Source of the DNA: Acidobacteriota bacterium
GTDB taxonomy: Bacteria; Acidobacteriota; UBA6911; RPQK01; CBDAPI01
Assembly (NCBI GenBank): GCA_965205345.1
Contig: CBDBGQ010000036.1
Location: forward strand, 65,463 to 129,462
Reading direction: 5' to 3'
Length of the DNA stretch: 64,000 bases
In this document: positions 27,604 to 36,043 of the stretch, piece by piece
Position numbering within the stretch: position 1 is the stretch's first letter
Layout of the letters: the number at the start of each line of letters is the position of its first letter
Made by a program: the position numbers and the translations under genes
Notes under the pieces: generated by a model
What the model saw: only the letters and a program-made list of their open reading frames with translations
Databases searched by the model: none
What the model was told of the DNA's origin: nothing

Positions 27604-27632
27604 GAGTACTCAGGATTCTGGAGAACCAGACC

Positions 27633-28274
27633 ATGCCTGATTTTGTTTTGACTGCACTGCTCAGAGAAGAGCGTGGGAAAAATGCCAACCGTCGACTCCG
27701 TGCCACCGGACAGATCCCAGCGATTGTCTACGGAAGGGCCATCGATCCAATCTCTGTGGCCATCGATCCCAGAGAAGTCTTCTCGATATTGCATTCCGAG
27801 TCCGGCCGTAACACCGTGTTCAAGTTGAAAATCAATGAGAAACAGATGGATGTGCTGATCCGCGAACTGCAGGTAGACCCGATTCGAGGCCATCTGCTGC
27901 ACGCGGACTTCCAGACAATCTCAATGGACGAGAAACGAGCTTTCAGCGTGCCCATTGATCCTGTCGGTGAAGCCGAGGGAGTCAAGGGCGGAGGCATCCT
28001 CGATATCGTCGTCCGGGAGATTGAAGTGGAGTGTCTTCCCACGGACGTACCGGACCACATCCCTGTCGACATTTCTGATCTCGAGGTAGGTCAGGCCATC
28101 CGAGTGAGGGATCTGGAAATCACGGCAGAAGGGTTTGAGGTCTTGTCCGACCAGGATCTGGTGCTCTTGACAGTGGTACCGCCCAAGGTCGAGGTCGAGC
28201 CGGAACCCGAGGAAGAGCTGGCTGAAGAGGAGGCTCCGGAACCCGCCGCAGAGACACCCGAGGAGAAAGAGTAG
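27633..28274 (+). CDS. rplY: 50S ribosomal protein L25 / general stress protein Ctc
   Basis: L25 beta-barrel followed by a CTC domain and acidic tail; canonical prs-rplY-pth arrangement. Confidence 0.85.
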   Translation: MPDFVLTALLREERGKNANRRLRATGQIPAIVYGRAIDPISVAIDPREVFSILHSESGRNTVFKLKINEKQMDVLIRELQVDPIRGHLLHADFQTISMDEKRAFSVPIDPVGEAEGVKGGGILDIVVREIEVECLPTDVPDHIPVDISDLEVGQAIRVRDLEITAEGFEVLSDQDLVLLTVVPPKVEVEPEPEEELAEEEAPEPAAETPEEKE

Positions 28275-28285
28275 GGCGACTTCGA

Positions 28286-28891
28286 TTGTATTTGATCGCC
28301 GGATTGGGGAATCCAGAAAGACGGTTCGAAAACACGCGCCACAACATAGGATTCATGGCGGCAGACCGGCTGGTGGCCGCAGCCGGGGCAGGCTTCGTAG
28401 CGCAGCATCAGTCCCTGGTTTCGATGATCCGCCGGTGTAAGCACCAGGTGGTGGTGGCCAAGCCCCAGACTTACATGAACCGCAGCGGGGCTGCCGTTCG
28501 GAGATTGATGGAGTGGAAACAACTGGAACTGCAGGATCTGCTGGTCGTGTACGACGATGTTGACCTCCCCTTTGGACGACTTCGGCTCAGAACTGGAGGA
28601 GGGTCTGGTGGTCACAACGGAATGAACTCGATTATTGCTGAGCTTGCTTCTCAGGAATTCGCACGAGTGAGAATAGGAATCGGAAGGGCAACGAGAGAAT
28701 CGGACCTCAGCTCGTTTGTCCTGGACGTGTTCGACAAAGAAGAGATGGAATTGCTTGATCCTGTGCTCGACTTCACGCTGCAGGCTGTGGACTCGATCCT
28801 TATTAACGGAATAGAAAAGAGCATGGCCCGCTTCAACCAGCGGCGTCCCCCCAATGCTCCCCCAGGTTCGAAGGAATGTGTTGATGAGTGA
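28286..28891 (+). CDS. pth: Peptidyl-tRNA hydrolase
   Basis: '[21 protein letters not shown]' and 'GGHNG' are present. Confidence 0.9.
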   Translation: MYLIAGLGNPERRFENTRHNIGFMAADRLVAAAGAGFVAQHQSLVSMIRRCKHQVVVAKPQTYMNRSGAAVRRLMEWKQLELQDLLVVYDDVDLPFGRLRLRTGGGSGGHNGMNSIIAELASQEFARVRIGIGRATRESDLSSFVLDVFDKEEMELLDPVLDFTLQAVDSILINGIEKSMARFNQRRPPNAPPGSKECVDE

Positions 28892-30881
28892 CTACTACTG
28901 GACTCTCCCCGTTCTCGGAGTTGTCGGTCTGTTGTTTGCAGGGTTGATTTATGCCTCGATCAAAAGGGTGAAGGTCTCGAACCAGAAGATGATGGAGATC
29001 TCCGATGCCATCCACGATGGCGCGATGGTCTTCTTGCGAAGGGAATATGGAATTCTTCTGGTGTTTATCGTCCTCGCCTTCGGGCTCCTGAGCTGGGCAG
29101 TTTCTGTGTGGACGGCAGTGGCCTTCGGGCTGGGCGCGGCGAGTTCCATGATGGCTGGCTTTTTCGGGCTGAAAGCGGCCACTCGAGCGAATGTAAGGAC
29201 GACCCAGGCCGCCCACGACTCGGGTATAGCCGAGGCCTTGAATATTGCTTTCTCCGGAGGAGCCGTGATGGGCCTCTCAGTCGCCAGCCTGGGTCTGATG
29301 GGCGTCTCGATCGCCTTCATGCTTGGCCTCCACGGATCCATCGAGTTCAGCGATATCAGCGGATTTGCCATGGGGGCCAGTTCGATCGCCCTCTTTGCCC
29401 GCGTCGGGGGCGGGATCTACACGAAGACGGCAGATGTCGGAGCCGATCTGGTCGGAAAGGTCGAGGCGGGAATTCCCGAGGACGATCCAAGGAACCCGGC
29501 CACCATCGCAGACAACGTGGGCGACTGTGTGGGGGACACAGCCGGCATGGGAGCTGACATTTTTGAAAGCTATGTGGGCTCCGTGATCGCAACGATCGCC
29601 CTGGCCGCCACCGGAACTTCGGAGGTTCTGCAGATCACGGAGACGAACCGGCTTCTCTACATGGCACTGCCCCTCTACATCATCGCCATTGGCCTCGCAG
29701 CCTCCCTGATCGGCGTGGCTTCCATGCGCTTGTTGAGAGGAATGGGACCTGCCCAAGCGCTTCGCTACTCTCCCGTTGTGAGTGCCGTTCTCCTGCTCGT
29801 CGGAACTTATCTAAGCGTGGACGGCATGGGGCTGGAACTCGGAATCTTCTTGGCTGTCCTCACGGGCACGGTCAGCGGAATCGTCATTGGTCTGTTGACG
29901 GAATGGTACACATCGGCCAGTCCCATCCAACGTATTGCTGAGGCCTCAAAGACCGGTCCGGCGACCAACATCATTGCCGGGCTCGCGGTGGGGATGCAGT
30001 CTACCGTGCTGCCCATCCTGACCATCTGCGCCAGCATCCTGATCGCCTACAATTATGCCGGGCTGTACGGGATTGGAATCGCAGCCGTCGGGATGCTGGC
30101 AACGGTAGGGGTTACGATGTCGGTTGATGCCTATGGCCCGATTGCCGACAATGCTGGAGGCATCTCTGAAATGGCGGGTCTGGGCTCGGACACCCGCTCC
30201 ATCACAGACAGCCTGGACTCAATTGGAAACACCACCGCCGCCATCGGGAAAGGATTTGCAATCGGGTCGGCGGCCCTCACTGCACTGGCACTTTTCTCGG
30301 CTTACAGCAAAGCAGTTCATCTGGAAGTTCTGAACCTGCTCAACCCTACCGTGGTTGTGGGCTTTTTCATCGGCGGAGCTTTGCCCTTCCTGGTTGCCGA
30401 CTTGACCATGTCGGCTGTAGGACGGGCAGCCTTTCAAATGGTGGAAGAGGTTCGACGGCAGTTTCGGGAGATCCAGGGGCTGATGGAGGGAACCGCAAAA
30501 CCGGACACGGCCCGCTGCATTGACATCTCGACCAGGGCCGCCCTCAGAGAAATGGTCCTTCCCGGACTGGTTGCCATTTCGGCTCCGCTTCTAATGGGTT
30601 TACTGCTGGGCGCTGAGGCCCTGGGAGGTATGCTTGCCGGAGCCACCCTCACGGGCGTGCTGATGGCCCTTTTCATGGCCAATGCAGGTGGAGCCTGGGA
30701 CAATGCCAAGAAGCTCATCGAGGGAGGGATTCTGGGCGGCAAAGGCTCCGATCCACACAAAGCTGCAGTCGTCGGTGACACGGTCGGAGATCCCTTCAAG
30801 GACACAAGCGGGCCCTCCATGAACATCTTGATCAAGTTGATGTCCATCGTCTCGCTCGTCATCGCACCGCTTCTGAGGTAG
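28884..30881 (+). CDS. hppA: Membrane-bound proton-translocating pyrophosphatase (V-type H+-PPase)
   Basis: '[19 protein letters not shown]', '[21 protein letters not shown]' and a C-terminal '[13 protein letters not shown]' are present. The start (MSDYYW) overlaps the pth stop by 8 nt. Confidence 0.9.
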   Translation: MSDYYWTLPVLGVVGLLFAGLIYASIKRVKVSNQKMMEISDAIHDGAMVFLRREYGILLVFIVLAFGLLSWAVSVWTAVAFGLGAASSMMAGFFGLKAATRANVRTTQAAHDSGIAEALNIAFSGGAVMGLSVASLGLMGVSIAFMLGLHGSIEFSDISGFAMGASSIALFARVGGGIYTKTADVGADLVGKVEAGIPEDDPRNPATIADNVGDCVGDTAGMGADIFESYVGSVIATIALAATGTSEVLQITETNRLLYMALPLYIIAIGLAASLIGVASMRLLRGMGPAQALRYSPVVSAVLLLVGTYLSVDGMGLELGIFLAVLTGTVSGIVIGLLTEWYTSASPIQRIAEASKTGPATNIIAGLAVGMQSTVLPILTICASILIAYNYAGLYGIGIAAVGMLATVGVTMSVDAYGPIADNAGGISEMAGLGSDTRSITDSLDSIGNTTAAIGKGFAIGSAALTALALFSAYSKAVHLEVLNLLNPTVVVGFFIGGALPFLVADLTMSAVGRAAFQMVEEVRRQFREIQGLMEGTAKPDTARCIDISTRAALREMVLPGLVAISAPLLMGLLLGAEALGGMLAGATLTGVLMALFMANAGGAWDNAKKLIEGGILGGKGSDPHKAAVVGDTVGDPFKDTSGPSMNILIKLMSIVSLVIAPLLR

Positions 30882-31002
30882 AGTACTCACTTGGGCCAGG
30901 CTCATTGGCAAGGCAGAACGGCCCAACCATGTGCTAAGATGAGCGTTTTTTTGGAGTTGAGTACTCACTTTCATGAATACCGTACTTATGGAAGAGAGTA
31001 CT
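30882..31002. mobile_element. MITE-C-like palindromic element (AGTACTCAC termini) between the hppA stop and the rpsF RBS
   Basis: AGTACTCACTTGGGCC...AGTACTCACTTTCATGAATACCGTACTTATGGAAGAGAGTACT shares termini with the element at 34693-34962. Confidence 0.6.
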
Positions 31003-31018
31003 TAGGAGGAATTTGTCC

Positions 31019-31471
31019 ATGAGGCGATACGAAATCGTTTTCGTTCTCGCTCCCGACCTGCCTGACACCGATCTGGAAGATACGATCGACGGTTACAAAG
31101 TCGCGGCAGAAGAGATGGGAGCCAAAGTCCTCGACGTTGACAAATGGGTGAGAAAGCGGCTTGCATTTCCCGTCAAGAAGTACACCGAGGGTACCTACGT
31201 CTTTCTGCTCGTCGAGGAGGAACAAGCCAAGGCTGTGGCGGAACTGGAACGCCGGTTCAAGGTGGCCGAGTCTGTTATCCGTTTCTTGACGATCAGGACG
31301 GACGGCACAGACAAACGTATCCAGAAGAAAATTGCTTACCGGGAAAAGCGCAGGCAGCAACTCGCTCAGCAAAAGGATGCGGCCAACCAGGCGGGCCAGA
31401 CAGGCCCCGACACAGCCGCGCAGACGACTCCCGAAGCAACCACCGTGGCGACTGCCGGGAAAGAAGAGTAA
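31019..31471 (+). CDS. rpsF: 30S ribosomal protein S6 (with extended C-terminal tail)
   Basis: 'MRRYEIVFVL...' with RBS GGAGG 8 nt upstream. Confidence 0.85.
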   Translation: MRRYEIVFVLAPDLPDTDLEDTIDGYKVAAEEMGAKVLDVDKWVRKRLAFPVKKYTEGTYVFLLVEEEQAKAVAELERRFKVAESVIRFLTIRTDGTDKRIQKKIAYREKRRQQLAQQKDAANQAGQTGPDTAAQTTPEATTVATAGKEE

Positions 31472-31491
31472 GAAGCCTGGAGGAGGCTGCC

Positions 31492-32157
31492 ATGCAATTG
31501 GTGCTAGTCGATGATGTACTCCATCTGGGAAGACGAGGTGACGTTGTCACCGTTGCATCCGGCTATGGACGGAACTATTTGATACCGAAGGGCCTTGCCG
31601 TTGCGGCTACCTCCGCTAACCTGAAAATGGTGCAGCAACAGCGGGCAGTTCTGGCAAGAAAGGAATCGAGAGTCAAAGAAGATGCCGAGATTCTCGCTCA
31701 GGAATTGAATCAGCTTCATCTTGTCCTCAGCCGCAAGGCGGGTGAAACAGGGGCTCTATTCGGCTCCGTAACCGCCAAAGATCTGGCTGATCTGTTTGCA
31801 GAGAATGGCTTCAGCCTGGACCGCCGAAAGATCGATTTGGAGCACCCGCTGAAGTCGATCGGAAACTTCCCGGTCGTGGTTCATCCCCACCCTGAAGTCA
31901 AGCTGGAGTTTCTCGTCTCCGTGGTTCTCGAAGAGCAAGAGCCCGTCGCCAGAATTCTCAAACAGGGAACTGATGAGAGCGCCGGAATTGTTAGCGGTGT
32001 GGAAAGCCTCCTCAGAGAAGCTGCGGAAGAACTGGAGGCTCAAAAGGAGGCCCTGCCAGCCGAGATACTGGAGACGGTAGAACCTGCTGCCGAGGTTCCG
32101 GAGGACGTAGTCGAAGAAGAAGTCGTTGAAGCTGCAGAAGAAGACAAGAGCGACTGA
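31492..32157 (+). CDS. rplI: 50S ribosomal protein L9 with an acidic C-terminal extension
   Basis: 'MQLVLVDDVLHLGRRGDVVTVASGYGRNYLIPKGLA' is present. The upstream 116 codons of the ORF overlap rpsF and are not counted. Confidence 0.85.
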   Translation: MQLVLVDDVLHLGRRGDVVTVASGYGRNYLIPKGLAVAATSANLKMVQQQRAVLARKESRVKEDAEILAQELNQLHLVLSRKAGETGALFGSVTAKDLADLFAENGFSLDRRKIDLEHPLKSIGNFPVVVHPHPEVKLEFLVSVVLEEQEPVARILKQGTDESAGIVSGVESLLREAAEELEAQKEALPAEILETVEPAAEVPEDVVEEEVVEAAEEDKSD

Positions 32158-32165
32158 CAACGAAA

Positions 32166-32189
32166 ACGTTCCACGTTCCACGTTCCACG
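32166..32189. repeat. (ACGTTCC)n heptamer array, about 3.5 units
   Basis: cgttccacgttccacgttccacg lies between rplI and dnaB. Confidence 0.8.
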
Positions 32190-32288
32190 CATCTTGATTC
32201 CGAGTTGGCGGACTGGTTACCATGGAACCATCAGTCTTGCGGCTTCCTCGTTTACCTACTCAGACTGGTCTTATAAAGTGCGGTCGGA

Positions 32289-33656
32289 ATGGCAGCTCCG
32301 GACATAACTCTCGAGAAGGTTCTTCCTCACAGCGCCGAAGCGGAACGGGCTGTTCTGGGAGCCATCCTGCTGGACAACCAGCTCTTCGATCAGGCCGCAG
32401 CCATCCTCCATATCGAAGACTTCCATGTCCGCGCCCACCAGACAGTTTTTGCCGGCATGGCAACGTTATCAACCGCCCTAAAGGCGATCGACGCCGTGAC
32501 CCTGCGTTCCGAGCTGGAAAAAGGGAGCCACCTTCAGGAGATCGGTGGAGCATCGTATATCTCTTCTCTTCTCGACGGCGTCCCCAGACTGGCCAACATT
32601 GAACACTACGCCCGGATCGTCAAGGAGAAGGCGGTCCAGCGGAAGCTAATTCATGCCGCCTACAAGATCCTGGAGCAGAGCTACACCGACCACCTCGATA
32701 CCGCCGAGCTACTGGAAGAGGCAGAGCGGTCCATTTTTGAAATCAGCCAGCAACGAATCGAAAGTGGCTTCGTGAAGCTCGGGCACATTCTTCCTGATGC
32801 CTACAAACAGATCCAATCCTTTTACGAGCAGAAATCGCTGATCACGGGAATCGGGACCGGCTATACCGACCTGGATGCTTTAACTTCGGGATTTCAGAAA
32901 ACGGATCTGATCATCATCGCGGCGCGCCCTGGACTCGGGAAGACCAGCCTGGCATTGAATATCGGGCAATACGCTGCGCTTGGCCACAATTCGGTCGGTA
33001 TTTTCAGCCTGGAGATGAGCTCTTTCCAGCTCGTCACCCGTTTGCTCTGCTCCCACGCCCGAATTGACAGTCACAAGCTGCGCTCAGGACGTCTTTCCAA
33101 GGGGGACTGGACGGAGCTGGCTGCGACGATGGGCCATCTCGATCAGGCCAAGATCTTCATCGATGATGCGGCCGCTATTTCCATCCTGGAAATGAGGTCC
33201 AGGGCGCGCCGGCTAAAGGCGGAGCACGGTCTCGACCTCCTGATCGTGGACTATCTCCAACTGATGTCTCCTTCCGCGGGAGGAAGGAGATCGGATAACA
33301 GGGAACGTGAGATCTCGGCGATCACTCGGTCCTTGAAGGCCCTGGCCAAAGAGCTCAACATCCCGGTCGTGGCCCTCTCCCAGCTGAGCCGCGCACCCGA
33401 ACAGAGAAAGGGCCGCCAGATTGGCAGGCCTCAACTCTCCGACCTGCGTGAATCGGGAGCGATCGAGCAGGATGCGGATGTCGTCCTTTTCATTTATCGA
33501 GAAGACCTGTACAAGAAGCCGGAGGACCTGGAAAACGAGCAGGGAGTAGCTGAGATCATCATTGCAAAGCAGCGAAACGGACCTACCGGAGTGATCAAGC
33601 TCGCCTTTATTGACAAGTGGACGCGATTTGAGAATCTGGCCTTCGATCGAGAATGA
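32289..33656 (+). CDS. dnaB: Replicative DNA helicase DnaB
   Basis: N-terminal 'AERAVLGAILLDN', Walker A 'ARPGLGKTSLALN' and RecA-like C-terminal domain are present; 455 aa with no intein. Confidence 0.9.
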   Translation: MAAPDITLEKVLPHSAEAERAVLGAILLDNQLFDQAAAILHIEDFHVRAHQTVFAGMATLSTALKAIDAVTLRSELEKGSHLQEIGGASYISSLLDGVPRLANIEHYARIVKEKAVQRKLIHAAYKILEQSYTDHLDTAELLEEAERSIFEISQQRIESGFVKLGHILPDAYKQIQSFYEQKSLITGIGTGYTDLDALTSGFQKTDLIIIAARPGLGKTSLALNIGQYAALGHNSVGIFSLEMSSFQLVTRLLCSHARIDSHKLRSGRLSKGDWTELAATMGHLDQAKIFIDDAAAISILEMRSRARRLKAEHGLDLLIVDYLQLMSPSAGGRRSDNREREISAITRSLKALAKELNIPVVALSQLSRAPEQRKGRQIGRPQLSDLRESGAIEQDADVVLFIYREDLYKKPEDLENEQGVAEIIIAKQRNGPTGVIKLAFIDKWTRFENLAFDRE

Positions 33657-34708
33657 AGTCCCGGTCGTGGGTGGAAATCTCCGTTTCCAGCCTCAAACAC
33701 AATCTGAAAGCGATTCGGTCGCGCCTCCGCAAGGGCACGGCCATCATGCCCGTCGTCAAAGCGAATGCCTATGGCCACGGCCTTCTCCAGGTTGCCGGGA
33801 TACTGCGCCAGGAAGGGATCTCCAGATTCGCTGTTGCTCAGCCTGCTGAAGGTCTTGAGTTGCGGCAGGCCCTTGCCGAGAGCGAGATTCTGGTCTTCGG
33901 TGGTTGCCAGGAGAACGAGGGCCGGGACTTCATTGAACATCGCCTTACCGCAACCATCCACGACACTCGAACCGTACACCCCGACCTGGCAGTTGAAGTC
34001 AAAATCGATACCGGAATGACCCGAATCGGGATCCCCTGGGAGGAAGCGGCTGCTTTTCTCAGATCCACTCCTGCCCGGCTACAGGGTGTTTACTCCCACT
34101 TTGCGCGGGCCGACGCCGACGCCGACTTTTCCCGGCTGCAGATGGAGCGCTTCCTGAGAGCGACCCGTAACATCCCACAACGGCGACACATCGCGAACAG
34201 TGCGGGATTGAGGTTTCCCGAAGCACACCTCAACCTGGTCAGGGTCGGGCTGGCTCTGTATGGTGTGGCTCCTTGCCCCGGATTTGAAGATCTGCGACCC
34301 GCACTCACGTGGAAGAGTCGACTCATGGCCGTTCGTCGAGTCAAGGCAGGCCAGTGGGTTGGCTATGGGACATCTTTTCAGAGCCTCCGGGAATCGGTGA
34401 TTGGAGTATTGCCTGTCGGTTACGCCGATGGCTACCGGCGAGTTCTCTCGAATCAGGCAGATGTCCTTGCCCGCGGGCATCCGGCCAGGGTGGTCGGTAG
34501 TGTCAGCATGGACCTGACCTGCATAGACCTGACGGACATCGAGGGGATGCAGCCTGGAACTGAAGTCGAGCTCCTCAGCGCCGATCCAGACTCTCCCTTT
34601 CCTGCCGGGCCCTGGCAAGACTCGCTGACACCATTCCCTACGAGATTCTCACCGGGATCGGACCACGGGTGGAACGCCGCTACGTCGACTAAGTACTCAC
34701 TTCCATAA
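33653..34708 (+). CDS. alr: Alanine racemase, with an apparent 1-nt frameshift about 34615 that replaces the last 25 residues
   Basis: PLP-Lys 'MPVVKANAYGHG' is present. The conserved C-terminus '...ALARLADTIPYEILTGIGPRVERRYVD*' is readable in the -1 frame from a GGG(G) run onward. Confidence 0.8.
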   Translation: MKSRSWVEISVSSLKHNLKAIRSRLRKGTAIMPVVKANAYGHGLLQVAGILRQEGISRFAVAQPAEGLELRQALAESEILVFGGCQENEGRDFIEHRLTATIHDTRTVHPDLAVEVKIDTGMTRIGIPWEEAAAFLRSTPARLQGVYSHFARADADADFSRLQMERFLRATRNIPQRRHIANSAGLRFPEAHLNLVRVGLALYGVAPCPGFEDLRPALTWKSRLMAVRRVKAGQWVGYGTSFQSLRESVIGVLPVGYADGYRRVLSNQADVLARGHPARVVGSVSMDLTCIDLTDIEGMQPGTEVELLSADPDSPFPAGPWQDSLTPFPTRFSPGSDHGWNAATSTKYSLP

Positions 34709-34962
34709 ATACGATGATGTTTGTTGGGAGCGCGACGGAGACCAGATTGAGGCGAGACGACGAGTCGATGCGGGAGCATCGGCGAGGAGGAACAACAAAG
34801 AGATGGGCCCGTCCCGCCCCAACCCTTCGGGCGGATGGGGGTTGCGGGCGATCTCTTTGTCGTTCGTCGTCAACGATGCTACCGCATCGCCTCCTCCTCT
34901 CTTCGCAACCTCACCTCGCAAGCCCCATCCGCAAACATCATCGTATTTATGGAAGGGAGTAC
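34693..34962. mobile_element. MITE-like element type C (270 bp; about 30-bp TIR GTACTCACTTCCATAAATACGATGATGTTTG), TAA-flanked
   Basis: The terminal inverted repeats are read directly, and there is an internal GC-rich hairpin. It starts on the corrected alr stop codon. Confidence 0.7.
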
Positions 34963-34965
34963 TAA

Positions 34966-35080
34966 GGTTGAAAGTTCATGACACCACGACAACGGAACAG
35001 CAAGGCGTGAGCCTGCCGTTTCCCCAAAGCTGAGCTGACAACGGTGAGCTGGCGCTCTACCGTTCTGTGGGTTTCCTTGA
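34966..35080. repeat. Dispersed two-module repeat (type E) containing the hairpin AACGGCAAGGCGTGAGCCTGCCGTT
   Basis: Matches 47276-47372 with the two roughly 45-bp modules in swapped order. Confidence 0.6.
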
Positions 35081-35139
35081 CACCGAAACGTCTCACAGCC
35101 CTGTGCCGTTTCGTAGGTTTTCGACGACGGGCCCTCTGT

Positions 35140-35883
35140 TCATCCTCCAGCCCCAAGGACTGAGAGCAGATAGCGGATCTCTTCGTCGACTTGCCCGGAA
35201 TCCGCCACGGTCTGACCCACTTCCTCCCGGAGTAACACCCCGAAACGCTGGCGCAGGCGATGGACGGCCACTTTGACCGCTCCTTCCGTCATCCCCAGCC
35301 GATCTGCCACAGAGCGGTAGCGGATGCCCGTGGTCTCCCCGGTCAGGAACGGCTGGAGGCTATTGAACCGCTGGCTCTGGCCTGCCTGATCCATGGCCGC
35401 CGCCAGTCTTTCCAGAGTCTGGTCGATCAGAGTGAGAGCCCAGCGCTGCTCGTAAACCTTGTCGGGAGAGATGTCGTCTGCCGGTTCCACATGGTAACGA
35501 TCCTCTCCTTTTTCAAAATCAAGAGAGATTGGAATTCTCCCTCCGCCCCGTTTCTTGGTCCTGGCACGGTCCCACTCGTTCGCCAGGTAGTTCTTCAAGG
35601 AAGTTAAGAGGAAAGAGCGAAACTTCCCCCGCTGCGGATCGGCAGCCTTAATGTATCCCTTACCCAGAAACTGGGCAAAGAACCCCTGAGTGAGATCCTG
35701 GGCCTCTTCGGAACCGTAGCCACGGCGCCGAACATAGACATACAGGGGGTACCAGTAGCGCTCGCAAAGATCCTCGAGAGCCTCCCGCCCATGTGGGCTC
35801 CTCGTGTCCGCCGCCTCCAGAACAAGTGTCCACCTGGTTGTTGTGAACCAGTCTTGACGGGGGGTTGGCTTCCGATCGTCCAT
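35140..35883 (-). CDS. ECF-type RNA polymerase sigma factor (sigma-70 regions 2 and 4), of the kind associated with Ser/Thr kinases
   Basis: 'DWFTTTRWTLV' N-terminal motif is present, with region 2 'YWYPLYVYVRRRG' and region 4 'VADRLGMTEGAVKVAVHRLRQR'. Confidence 0.7.
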   Translation of the reverse strand: MDDRKPTPRQDWFTTTRWTLVLEAADTRSPHGREALEDLCERYWYPLYVYVRRRGYGSEEAQDLTQGFFAQFLGKGYIKAADPQRGKFRSFLLTSLKNYLANEWDRARTKKRGGGRIPISLDFEKGEDRYHVEPADDISPDKVYEQRWALTLIDQTLERLAAAMDQAGQSQRFNSLQPFLTGETTGIRYRSVADRLGMTEGAVKVAVHRLRQRFGVLLREEVGQTVADSGQVDEEIRYLLSVLGAGG

Positions 35884-35987
35884 GGGGAAGGTTGCAACGA
35901 GAATAGCAGATCCTTCATACGAACGACACTCGGTCGACTTGACAGATTTCATTGGGAGCTTTGTTATACTCGATCCGCTTTTCTCGC

Positions 35988-36018
35988 GTAGCAGCCCGTG
36001 GTGAAAATCGCGCGCGGT
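35988..36018. repeat. Solo IS1182-like IR motif (GTAGCAGCCCGTGGTGAAAATCGCGCGC) in the sigma-kinase divergent intergenic region
   Basis: Compared with 781-801 and 26636-26665. Confidence 0.5.
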
Positions 36019-36043
36019 CGCGCGCCAGGGATCTGAAGGAGCA

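Noticed and set aside
28854-28883. An alternative upstream start for hppA ([10 protein letters not shown]).
   Set aside because: It overlaps pth by 38 nt. The [10 protein letters not shown] start gives the usual 8-nt overlap and a conserved N-terminus.
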